This document shows, in pieces, positions 38,466 to 47,054 of a stretch of DNA of 64,000 nt. The notes under the pieces were generated by a model. It did not search any database, was not told where the DNA came from, and saw only the letters and a program-made list of their open reading frames with translations. A program made the position numbers and the translations under genes. Position 1 is the first letter of the stretch, and the number at the start of each line of letters is the position of its first letter. The DNA is from an uncultured Sutterella sp. (lineage in GTDB: Bacteria; Pseudomonadota; Gammaproteobacteria; Burkholderiales; Burkholderiaceae_F): assembly GCA_949282745.1 (NCBI GenBank), contig CASDQM010000042.1, positions 322-64,321 of the forward strand, given 5' to 3'.

Positions 38466-40140
38466 GTTTCGACTCCATCGTGTCGGCAAAGGGCGAGACG
38501 GTCTTGGCGTGCTCTTCTTCGTAGCGTACGGTGAGATTGCGTCCCAGGCACTTAGCGCGGTAGAGGGCGAGGTCGGCCTCGCGCACGAGCGTGAGGATGT
38601 CCTTTTCGGCCCAGTGCTTCGTCGAGGAGGAAATGCCGATCGAAACGGAGAGCGGTTGGGGCGCTTCGCCCTTTTCGCTCACGGACGCGTCCGCGAGCGA
38701 AATTCTGCGCATGCGGTGACGGATGCGTTCGGCGACGTTGTAGGCGGTCCTGGCCGTGACGCCCGTGAGCACCATGCAGAATTCCTCGCCCCCGTAGCGG
38801 TAGACGACGTCGTTTTGCGCAATGCACGTGCGGATTTGCTCGCCGAAGCGCTTGAGGATTTGGTCGCCGAAGAGGTGGCCGCGCGTATCGTTCACCCGCT
38901 TGAAGTGATCAAGGTCGATCATGATCACGGCGGAATTCCCCGGCACGCCCCTCGTTTTCTCCACGATCGCCTCGAAGGCCCGACGGTTGGCGAGTCCCGT
39001 CAAAGGATCCTTGTGGGATTCGTTGAGGAGCTCGTCGTATTGCGTGGCGAGAAGGTTGAGCGACGCGCGTTTCTGATGGAGCATCTTGCAGAAATGCATG
39101 AGCCACTCGATGACGTCGTTGATTTCCGCGATGTACGAGCCCGCAGGCATCTTCGGGAGCTTGTTGGTGTCAAGGAATCGGCGCATTTCTTCGCGCAGTT
39201 CGCCCAAGGGGCGAAGCACCAGATAGGACGTGATCGCGATCGCGGCCGCCGTCGCCAGGGTGATGAAGAGGGCCAGGGAGAAGGAGCGGAAGAGCCGATC
39301 GTTGAACTGCGTGATCTGACCGATGAGTCCCATGCGGTCCGACGTTTCCAACTTTGCATAGACGTGACTGAGGTTGCGTGCGTCCTCGTTCATCGCGTCG
39401 GCCTGGGCCAGAAACGCCGTACGCGAGGCGGCGAGCGCGTCGAGCTTGGCGGAGAGCGACTGCGGAAGTTCGCCCAGATTCGCGCAGTACTCGAGAAACG
39501 CCGTGCGTTCTTGGCTCTGAAGCGGTGCATGCGCGGACGTGCAGAGTTCGCGCGCGGCCCTGCCGAGCAGTTCGAGATGCCGACGGTGCGGCGCCTCGTC
39601 GTCGAGATGCTGCACGATCGGGAGTCTGAAGTCGTTCAGGATCCGCGCCGACGAGCCCGGAAGACCCGCGGCTACGCCCGCCGCAGCGAGGAGGTCCCGG
39701 TGGAACGCGTTGAACCCGGCGTTCACCCCGTCGCGGCCGCTCTCGTAGTCCTGACGAAGCGTCCAGGTCCGTTGCAGGCTTTCGATCAGCCGCTCCGTCA
39801 GAATCTTGGCCTCGTCGTGCTGCTCGAAGACCGTTTCCGTGAGAAGACCCCAGGTGTAGATGTAGGCGGTGCGGGCGCGCTGCGTGACGCTCGCGTATAC
39901 GAAGTCCTGCAAAGACTTGCTCAGATAGTGCAGATTGGTGGAGTTGCGCTGCGCGAGCATGATGTCCTTGAGGGTCTGCTCCTCCAATTCATACGCAAAC
40001 GCCTGAATCCGTCCGCTCATGTTGACGCCCAGGGCGAGGCTGCCGAACATCACGAGGAGAATCGCCGCCATCACCGGAAGCAGCATCCGCCGGATGGGAA
40101 CGGCCTTTTTGCCCGTGGACGTTATGCTGAAGCTTTCCAT
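38458..40140 (-). CDS. Membrane diguanylate cyclase (TM - periplasmic helical sensor - TM - HAMP-like - GGDEF)
   Basis: DPLTGLANRR, IDLDHFKRVNDTRGHLFGD, RYGGEEF, SIGIS and ADLALYRAK. The I-site position reads AQND rather than RxxD. Confidence 0.93.
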   Translation of the reverse strand: MESFSITSTGKKAVPIRRMLLPVMAAILLVMFGSLALGVNMSGRIQAFAYELEEQTLKDIMLAQRNSTNLHYLSKSLQDFVYASVTQRARTAYIYTWGLLTETVFEQHDEAKILTERLIESLQRTWTLRQDYESGRDGVNAGFNAFHRDLLAAAGVAAGLPGSSARILNDFRLPIVQHLDDEAPHRRHLELLGRAARELCTSAHAPLQSQERTAFLEYCANLGELPQSLSAKLDALAASRTAFLAQADAMNEDARNLSHVYAKLETSDRMGLIGQITQFNDRLFRSFSLALFITLATAAAIAITSYLVLRPLGELREEMRRFLDTNKLPKMPAGSYIAEINDVIEWLMHFCKMLHQKRASLNLLATQYDELLNESHKDPLTGLANRRAFEAIVEKTRGVPGNSAVIMIDLDHFKRVNDTRGHLFGDQILKRFGEQIRTCIAQNDVVYRYGGEEFCMVLTGVTARTAYNVAERIRHRMRRISLADASVSEKGEAPQPLSVSIGISSSTKHWAEKDILTLVREADLALYRAKCLGRNLTVRYEEEHAKTVSPFADTMESKHV

Positions 40141-40152
40141 CGTTTTGAGACC

Positions 40153-40947
40153 TTAAAAACTGAAGAAAGGGAAGAAGCGGATGATGAGATCCTGAAATTC
40201 CCCGTTCGACTGTAGCGTGTGGAGCGTCCGGTTGACGCCGTCGATCAGGGCATGGTCTTGAAGCTTGGCCGCGACGCGGCACTCGGTGAGCCGGTCGTCC
40301 ACGTCCGCGGCGCGGCCTCCGATGAAAAGCGCTGCGCCCTGCGGGCCGGTCAGAAGGTTGTAGCCCGGCACGCCGTCGAGAAAAATCATGTTGACTTCGC
40401 CCGCCGTCAGCGCGTCGACGAGCGCTTCGAAGGACGGATACGCCCGCCTGCGCGCGCCCTGCGGCACATATCGATCTTCAATGTAGGCGTTCTGAAGCTT
40501 TCCCTCCTGCACGCCGATCACGAGTTCCGGAATCCGGTCGTCCGTGAAGTGCTCGAAGCGCTTCTGCGTGGTGATGAAGAGACTTCCCGAACGGTAGTAG
40601 GGCTCCGAAAAGAGAAACCGGCGGCCGCGCTCTTTCGTTTCGGCGAGTCCCGCGACCACGAGGTCGAGCCGTCCCGCCTGAAGAGCGGGGAGAAGCGACG
40701 GGAAGGGGAGCGCCCGAATGCGGCAGTCGCGGCGAAGCATGCGGCAGACCTCACGCGCGAATTCCACGTCAAAGCCCGTGAGTTCACCCCGGACGTCCAC
40801 GTAGGAGAACGGCTCCACGTTGGCCTCCACGCCGATATCGAGCGGTTCGATCATGACCGGGGCCGTCGGTTGAGCGTCCCGCTCGACGAGGAACCACCCC
40901 GCGAGCAGAAGAATTGCGGCCGAACCCGTGAGAAGAATCTTTTTCAT
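40153..40947 (-). CDS. Polar amino-acid periplasmic substrate-binding protein (family 3), with no cognate permease or ATPase nearby
   Basis: EPFSY...GELTGFDVEFAR, LLPALQAGRLDLV, ETKER and FSEPYY. Confidence 0.9.
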   Translation of the reverse strand: MKKILLTGSAAILLLAGWFLVERDAQPTAPVMIEPLDIGVEANVEPFSYVDVRGELTGFDVEFAREVCRMLRRDCRIRALPFPSLLPALQAGRLDLVVAGLAETKERGRRFLFSEPYYRSGSLFITTQKRFEHFTDDRIPELVIGVQEGKLQNAYIEDRYVPQGARRRAYPSFEALVDALTAGEVNMIFLDGVPGYNLLTGPQGAALFIGGRAADVDDRLTECRVAAKLQDHALIDGVNRTLHTLQSNGEFQDLIIRFFPFFSF

Positions 40948-40963
40948 GAAGAAACTCCTTTCT

Positions 40964-42565
40964 TCAAGCCGCAGTCTCGTTTTGAACGTCGACGGCCGCG
41001 GTCAGCAAGAGAGCGCGCATTTCCTCGGCGGTCGAGGGCTTCGCAAAGCAGTAGCCCTGCAGCTGATCGGGGGAAAGTCCCTCGAGCCGCGCGTACATTT
41101 CCTCGTCCTGAATCCCCTCGAGACAGACGACGAGACCGAGTTCCTTGAAGGCCTTGATGAGACGGGCGAGGAAGAGCCGGCGCTTCTCGTCGTAGAGACA
41201 GCCGAGCGCGACTTCCCGCGAGAGCTTCACCATGTCGCAGGGGATGCTCAGAAGGAAGGCGAGCGAGTTGTAGCACGTCCCGAAGTCGTCGATCGCGGTC
41301 TGCATGCCGACGGCTCTGCACTTTTCGACGAGCTCCTGAAGGTCCTGCTGCGGAATGTTTTCGCCGGTTTCCACTAATTCGATGACGATGCGCCCGAACG
41401 GAATGCCGTTGCGCTCGGCGGCCGTGCGGAGAAAAAGAAAGAGGCTCCGGTCGACCGTGTGCGAGGGATTGAGGTTCAGGTTGAAGGTGAAGCCGTCGGG
41501 AACGACGTCGAGAACTTTCGACGCCAACTCGAGCGAGCGCCCGAAGACCCAGTGCGTCAGGGGGACGGCGAGCGTCGACTTCTCGAGCAGCCGCACGAAG
41601 CGGTCCGGTCCGAAGCCGCGGTCGGTTTTGAAGCGGAGGAGAAACTCCGCCCCGGTGTAGCGGCGCGTGAAACGGTCGACGAGGGGCTGCATGAGAAGCT
41701 TGAAGCCGTCGAAGTCGTTGAGACAGGCATGGGTCGTGAGAAGAATTTCCCGCAGCAGGAATTTCTCGTGTCCGTGCTGTGCCGGGTAGAGATCGGCGAA
41801 GGCCAGCCAGAAGGCCCGGCGCTTTTCCAATGCTTCGGCACTCGATTCGGCCCCCTCCGCAAAGATGAGCTGCGACTTCACGCTGTCGACGGCGCGGTGC
41901 TCGCGCAAAACGGCGTCGAGAAGCCGGTTGGCGCGCGTCTCGACGTCAAAGCACGTCTCCGGCGTCGAGCAGATGATCGTGTCGGAGTCGAGCTGTTCGA
42001 TCATGACGCCGGGGCTTGCCTTTTCGCGCAGCGACTCGATGATCCCGGCGGTGAAGAGCCCGAGGGAGTCGGTCGCGCGGAAGTTCGAGGTGAGCCGCAG
42101 CGCAACGATCGTGTGCGAAGCGGGCGCCGCCGCAAGACGCGCGAGTTTTTCGACTTCGTCTTTGGAGAAATCCGAAAACCCGAGGAGTTCGGAAAAGATC
42201 CGCGCGAACGCATAGAACTCGACCGTGCCCGAAAAAAGCGTGCTGTCGCCCGCGTCGCTTCGGTAGGATTTGGCGCGGATTCGGCACCAGACGACCTGCT
42301 TGTTGATGCAAAGCCGCACAAAAAGGTCGCGGCTCGCGCATTCGCGCCGGAATTCCTCGAAATGGGCGCGAAGCACTTCACGGTCGCACTCGTCCGCAAG
42401 CAGTGCGTCGAACACTTCTTCGAGGCGGCAGGGATGTGCGGGATCCGTGCCGAGTGCCCGTGCGAGGTCCGACGAGAGATGAAAAAGCCCGCTCTTGAGT
42501 TCGCCGAAGAAAAGGTAGGGCGATTCAAAATCGGTTTTGGAGCCGGCGGCGTGTGAAAGGAGCAT
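40964..42565 (-). CDS. EAL-domain protein with N-terminal PAS-like and degenerate GGDEF regions (start re-called at MLLSHA)
   Basis: MQPLV, AEFLLR, NLNLNP, IELVET, IDDFGTCYNS, VKL, LEGIQ and LQGY. Several positions deviate from consensus. Confidence 0.85.
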   Translation of the reverse strand: MLLSHAAGSKTDFESPYLFFGELKSGLFHLSSDLARALGTDPAHPCRLEEVFDALLADECDREVLRAHFEEFRRECASRDLFVRLCINKQVVWCRIRAKSYRSDAGDSTLFSGTVEFYAFARIFSELLGFSDFSKDEVEKLARLAAAPASHTIVALRLTSNFRATDSLGLFTAGIIESLREKASPGVMIEQLDSDTIICSTPETCFDVETRANRLLDAVLREHRAVDSVKSQLIFAEGAESSAEALEKRRAFWLAFADLYPAQHGHEKFLLREILLTTHACLNDFDGFKLLMQPLVDRFTRRYTGAEFLLRFKTDRGFGPDRFVRLLEKSTLAVPLTHWVFGRSLELASKVLDVVPDGFTFNLNLNPSHTVDRSLFLFLRTAAERNGIPFGRIVIELVETGENIPQQDLQELVEKCRAVGMQTAIDDFGTCYNSLAFLLSIPCDMVKLSREVALGCLYDEKRRLFLARLIKAFKELGLVVCLEGIQDEEMYARLEGLSPDQLQGYCFAKPSTAEEMRALLLTAAVDVQNETAA

Positions 42566-42615
42566 GTAGCAGTTCCTTGGTGGAGCTGTGAGTCTGACGG
42601 TGAGGCGCGATGCGC

Positions 42616-45600
42616 TCACCACTTTGCGTAAGGCGTCATGGGCGTGGGCGGTTGCGGAAGGTCTCCCTCCCAGCCGTCCCAGTGCCAACGAAGCCAGAGT
42701 CCGGCATAAAACGGCGCGTAGCGGTCCGTGTCATGCTGGTAGGTGACGGACGCGCCGAGAACGGCGTGCTTCGTGAGCCGCCGCTCGGCCGCCGCGAAGA
42801 CCGAAACGCCGAGGCCGACGGACGAATCCGCCTCCTCCCGCGCGTCGATGTCGGAAAGCCCGAGTCCCGCAAGTTTCGACTTGAAGGGATAACGGTCGCG
42901 CGCTTCGGAGCGGGAGGCCGCAAGCGAGAGGCGCGCCCGCGCCGTCCAGGACCAATGCCCCGTGCGGCGCGATTCTTCGACAAAGCCTCCCACGGACCCT
43001 GCGTCGTTGGGGGAGTAATAGCCTCCCTGCCCGAAGTAGTAGTCGGAGAGATCCTTGTCGTAATGCCAATAGAGCGCCGAAACGCCCGCGGTGCGCTTGT
43101 GATGCGCAAGATCGACGAGGCGGCGGTACCACCCCGCCATGAATTTGAAGGCGGTGTTGTCGGCGACGTCGTGACCGCGGATCCGCTCGAGCATCGCGAC
43201 CGACCAGAAGCCGTCGCGTCCGCCCAGATCGTGCGAGAGCGAAAACCGAAGGCCCGTGCGCCGCACGCCGCCCCATTCGCGGCCCGTGGCGGAATCGCGC
43301 TGACCGCCGAGCGCAAGAAGCGATCCGAATTCCGGACGGTAATAGACGCCCGCCGAAAGACCGAAGTTCCCGGCGTCCCAGGACCAGTTGACGGCGCCCG
43401 AGGGATCGCTGTAGAGCATCCCCATGGGCGTAGTGCCGATGTCGAAGTCGAGCTGTCGTCCCTCCCAACGGAAGGCGACGGACTGCCCGAAGTCGCGGTT
43501 GACGGGGTCGGCCGCGCGAAAGCCCGCCGCCGCGTTCGAGGAAGTCCCGAAGCCGTGCGGGTCGCTTCCCAAGTGCCCCATGTCGTAGCCCACGCTGTCG
43601 GTGCGAAGGGTCGCACGACCGCCGAGGGCCGGAAACGACGCTTCGCTCATCCAGGTGACGGCCGTGAGGTCGGAATAGCCGCCCGTTCCCGGGTCGACGT
43701 CGACGTTGACCCCGAAATTCAGGCGCACTTCCTCTTCGGCATAACGCTCGGCCGCGCGGCTTCGAAGCGACTGCGCGAGCCATCCGTCGGGACCGAGTAC
43801 GGGCGCTCCTTCCACGGGTTGTGCGTTCGCCCCTTCGGGCATGCGCATGGCGCGCGTGAAGGAGACGGCATTCCCCTTTTCATTTTGGAGAAAGCCCGCG
43901 CGCGCAAAAGCCCGGCGGTAGGCGTCAAGCGCCTCCGCGTGCCTACCTTCGTCATCGCGCGCCGCGGCGACCCGCCGCCAGAGCATGACGGCGTCTTCGG
44001 TCTCGTCGTCGGCGGGCACGTCAAGGAGCGCGATGCGGCGCTCAACGAGCGCCAGCGCTTCGTCTTCGGCTCCCGCGTCGTCGAGGACGCCCGTCATGCG
44101 AGCGAGACTCTTGGCGGTAAGCGCGCCGCGCGCGGCATTTTCCGTTTCGAGTGCAAGCACCAGACGGACGACTTCCTTTCGAACGTCGTCGGAATGTTCG
44201 GCGCCGCGGGCCAGAAGCGCTTCGATTTCGCCGTAGACGGCCTCCTCCCGCCAGGCGGGATCCGACCCTGCAGCGCGCCAGAGAGACCGCGCCCTGTCGT
44301 GGTCGGCCGCTTTCTGCGCCCAGTCCGCGGCCTTCGCAAGCAGCCAGGATTCAAGAACCGATTCGTCGGGAAGCGCACGAAGGGCTTCGGCAAAACGTCC
44401 TTCTTCGGCGAGGCGTTCGGCCTTCGCGAGGGCGATGTTCGTTCGCAGCGTGTTCGCCAGTTCCCGCATCGCCCGGATTCGTTCGGCATCCGCCGCACGG
44501 GGACGGGCGGGAAGGTCGGCGAGAAACTCTTCGGCGAGGCGCAAAGCCTTTCCCGGCTGATCGACGCTTCGGCGAAAGAGCGCCTCGGCGTAGCGCCATT
44601 CGCCGCGGGTCCCGGGCGCGGACCTGCGCGCCGTCGTCTCCCACAGACGGTCGGCTTCAGTCGTCTCGCCGCGTGCCCAGAGCGCCCGCGCAAGTCGTCC
44701 CGTCGTCCACGGATCGGGTTCGCCCGCTTCGAGCGCGCGGCGCAGGGCGGCGACGTATTCGGACGAGGGCGTCTCCAGGAAATTCCCTTCGGCGTCGACC
44801 GCGGGGGCGAGGCGCTCGGCCTTCGCTTCCAGGCCGTCGCGGTGAATCCCGGCGATGCGGCGCTCCAGTACCGCACGATAGGAGGCCTTCGCGTCGTCCG
44901 TGAGCGCCGCGGCCTTTTCGAGCCAACGAAGGGCCGCGGCCCGATTTCCCCGTCGCAGCGCAACGTCCGCAAGGCCCGCATAGGCGAAAGGGCGTTCCGG
45001 GTCGACGGCGAGCGCTTCGCGGTAGGCGGCTTCGGCCTTTGCGAGCGCGCCGCGCTTTAGAAGTTCGTCGCCGCGGTCGCTTGCGAGCCAGTAGCGCCCT
45101 TCGGCGATGGCGTTTCGCCAACGCTCGGCGCGCGGATCGTCCGGACGTTCGGCATAAAGACGTTCTAGCGTCGCGACGCTTTCGGCCCGCGTGGCGCTCC
45201 GGTAGACGGTCTCGAGCGCCCGGTCGAGCGCCTTTTCGAAGGCCTCGTCGGCGAGGCGCCGCTTGGCGCGCTGTGAGATGAAGAGCGACGGCGAGCTAAG
45301 CAGATTTTCGAGCAGCGCCTTGCCTTCGGCGCGGCGCGTGTCCGTCCGAAGCAGCATGTCGGCGTATTCGAGCTGCAGCGAGGGCTCGGACGGCACGCCG
45401 TGAAAGAGTTTTTCCACCTCTCGGGCGGCCTCGCCGTGACGGCTCGCGACGGCGAGAAGACGCAGGGCGGCGTAGGCCTGCGCAAGATCGCCCCTCGCCA
45501 CCCGCGCGAGCGTGCCGGCGTCGCGGCAGGTCTTCGACTCGGGCGAGGCGCACAGTTTTTTCAGAAGCTCCTCGACTTCCTTCTCGTCCTCCTTTTCGGG

Positions 45601-45846
45601 AGTGCCGTAGCGAAAGAGATGGCGCAGATAGTCGAGCTGCAGTTCCGCGTCGTCGGGCGACATGCTGAGAAGCCGCCGGAACGCATCGCGTTCCACGGCC
45701 GCGTTGTCGGTGCTTCGGGCCGATTCGATCTGCCCCGCGAGCCACCGGGTCTGAATGCCCGTGCGGTCGGGGGCGGAGAATGCGTCGGGAGCATGGATCG
45801 CCGCAAGTGCCGCGAGCGCCGCGGCGAGGGTGCGGATGGTCGTCAT
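42616..45846 (-). CDS. bcsC: Cellulose export TPR/outer-membrane pore protein BcsC
   Basis: Signal peptide, TPR-like helical repeats and a C-terminal barrel (GYSDLTA, DIGTTPMG, SLLALGG, YYFGQGGYYSP, PMTPYAKW). Confidence 0.93.
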   Translation of the reverse strand: MTTIRTLAAALAALAAIHAPDAFSAPDRTGIQTRWLAGQIESARSTDNAAVERDAFRRLLSMSPDDAELQLDYLRHLFRYGTPEKEDEKEVEELLKKLCASPESKTCRDAGTLARVARGDLAQAYAALRLLAVASRHGEAAREVEKLFHGVPSEPSLQLEYADMLLRTDTRRAEGKALLENLLSSPSLFISQRAKRRLADEAFEKALDRALETVYRSATRAESVATLERLYAERPDDPRAERWRNAIAEGRYWLASDRGDELLKRGALAKAEAAYREALAVDPERPFAYAGLADVALRRGNRAAALRWLEKAAALTDDAKASYRAVLERRIAGIHRDGLEAKAERLAPAVDAEGNFLETPSSEYVAALRRALEAGEPDPWTTGRLARALWARGETTEADRLWETTARRSAPGTRGEWRYAEALFRRSVDQPGKALRLAEEFLADLPARPRAADAERIRAMRELANTLRTNIALAKAERLAEEGRFAEALRALPDESVLESWLLAKAADWAQKAADHDRARSLWRAAGSDPAWREEAVYGEIEALLARGAEHSDDVRKEVVRLVLALETENAARGALTAKSLARMTGVLDDAGAEDEALALVERRIALLDVPADDETEDAVMLWRRVAAARDDEGRHAEALDAYRRAFARAGFLQNEKGNAVSFTRAMRMPEGANAQPVEGAPVLGPDGWLAQSLRSRAAERYAEEEVRLNFGVNVDVDPGTGGYSDLTAVTWMSEASFPALGGRATLRTDSVGYDMGHLGSDPHGFGTSSNAAAGFRAADPVNRDFGQSVAFRWEGRQLDFDIGTTPMGMLYSDPSGAVNWSWDAGNFGLSAGVYYRPEFGSLLALGGQRDSATGREWGGVRRTGLRFSLSHDLGGRDGFWSVAMLERIRGHDVADNTAFKFMAGWYRRLVDLAHHKRTAGVSALYWHYDKDLSDYYFGQGGYYSPNDAGSVGGFVEESRRTGHWSWTARARLSLAASRSEARDRYPFKSKLAGLGLSDIDAREEADSSVGLGVSVFAAAERRLTKHAVLGASVTYQHDTDRYAPFYAGLWLRWHWDGWEGDLPQPPTPMTPYAKW

Positions 45847-47042
45847 GACCGGACCTCCGAGCGGATCGGGCGCAGAAGCCGTCCGTCCCGGTCAAATGCG
45901 AAGCGCGCGTCGTCAAAGCCGAGTCCGAAGAGCGTCAGCATGCTCTTGTAATAGCTCTCGGCCGCGATCGGCAGCTTTTCGAGCCGGGCGCGAAGAAGAT
46001 CGCCCTCCGGCGAATTCGGGCGCCAGGCCAGGAAGGCCGAGCCGAAGGCGTCGGGCCCCGGCGCGGACACCGAGAGCGTGCGGATGTCGATTCTCTCCGG
46101 AACGCTTCCCCGCGCCCGGACCAGTCGGAAGACCGGCGCGAAGTGCCGCAGAAGAACGTCGCGTTCCGGAGCGTCCTTGGAGAGCATCCCCGCCCAGAGA
46201 TAGACGCGCACGGCGTCCCAGCTTCCGAAGGGACGCCCCGCGTCGACGAGCGTGCCCGTCCGGTCGAAGACGGCCCAGTCTGGTGCGGCGCCCGCGGGCG
46301 AAGCGCGCAGGGTCGTGCGAAGCGCCGCCTGATGGGCGGCCTCCCATCGGGGATCTTCGAGGGCGAAGCGCCGGAAGAGCTGCAGCGGCGTATAGCTCGG
46401 ATTGAAGGTGACGCGTCCCGCGTCGTCGACAAAGCCCGTGCGTCCGGGAAGGCACACGGGACCCAACGCGTCGGTTTCATGAAGACACGTGCGGCGAACG
46501 AGATCGAGGAGGGCGAGCCCCTCTTCGCGGTAGTAGTCCTTCTTCCAGAGTCGTCCGGCTTCGAGAAGCGCATAGGCGATCCAGAGATCGGCGTCGGTCG
46601 CGTTGTTTTCGTCGATCACGCCCCAGCGTTCGACGGGAACGGAGACGGGGGCCTTCGCGCCGCGGGGAGGCTTTTCCGTCTTGGGTACGGGCGTTTCCGT
46701 TTTGCCCCAGAGCCAGGCGGGAAGGTTATTCCCGATGTCCCCCGCGCAGAGGTTGTCGACCGTCCAGCAGCGAAGCTTTTCGAAGCGTTCCTGGTCGTCG
46801 TCGACGAGCGCGAAGAAGAGTCCGTAGGACTGGCCTTCGCTCGTCGTAATGAGGCGCGCGTCGCTCGGATCGATGAGACGGCCTTCGTCGCTCACGGCTT
46901 CGTCCGCATAGCGGCGCCAGTCGTTCCAGACGAGCGTCCGCCGGGCGACGTCATGCGCCGGGAGGGCGGCTGCGCGAGCAAGGGGCGAAGCGAGAATCGG
47001 GGTCGCGCCGAGGGCGAGGAGGAAACTGCGTTTGGCAATCAT
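45843..47042 (-). CDS. bcsZ: GH8 endo-1,4-beta-glucanase BcsZ
   Basis: TTSEGQSYGLFFAL, LPAWLWG, NNATDADLWIAYALLEAG, FNPSY, WDAVRVYLW and YYKSMLTLFG. Confidence 0.95.
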   Translation of the reverse strand: MIAKRSFLLALGATPILASPLARAAALPAHDVARRTLVWNDWRRYADEAVSDEGRLIDPSDARLITTSEGQSYGLFFALVDDDQERFEKLRCWTVDNLCAGDIGNNLPAWLWGKTETPVPKTEKPPRGAKAPVSVPVERWGVIDENNATDADLWIAYALLEAGRLWKKDYYREEGLALLDLVRRTCLHETDALGPVCLPGRTGFVDDAGRVTFNPSYTPLQLFRRFALEDPRWEAAHQAALRTTLRASPAGAAPDWAVFDRTGTLVDAGRPFGSWDAVRVYLWAGMLSKDAPERDVLLRHFAPVFRLVRARGSVPERIDIRTLSVSAPGPDAFGSAFLAWRPNSPEGDLLRARLEKLPIAAESYYKSMLTLFGLGFDDARFAFDRDGRLLRPIRSEVRS

Positions 47043-47054
47043 CTTCGACCTCTC

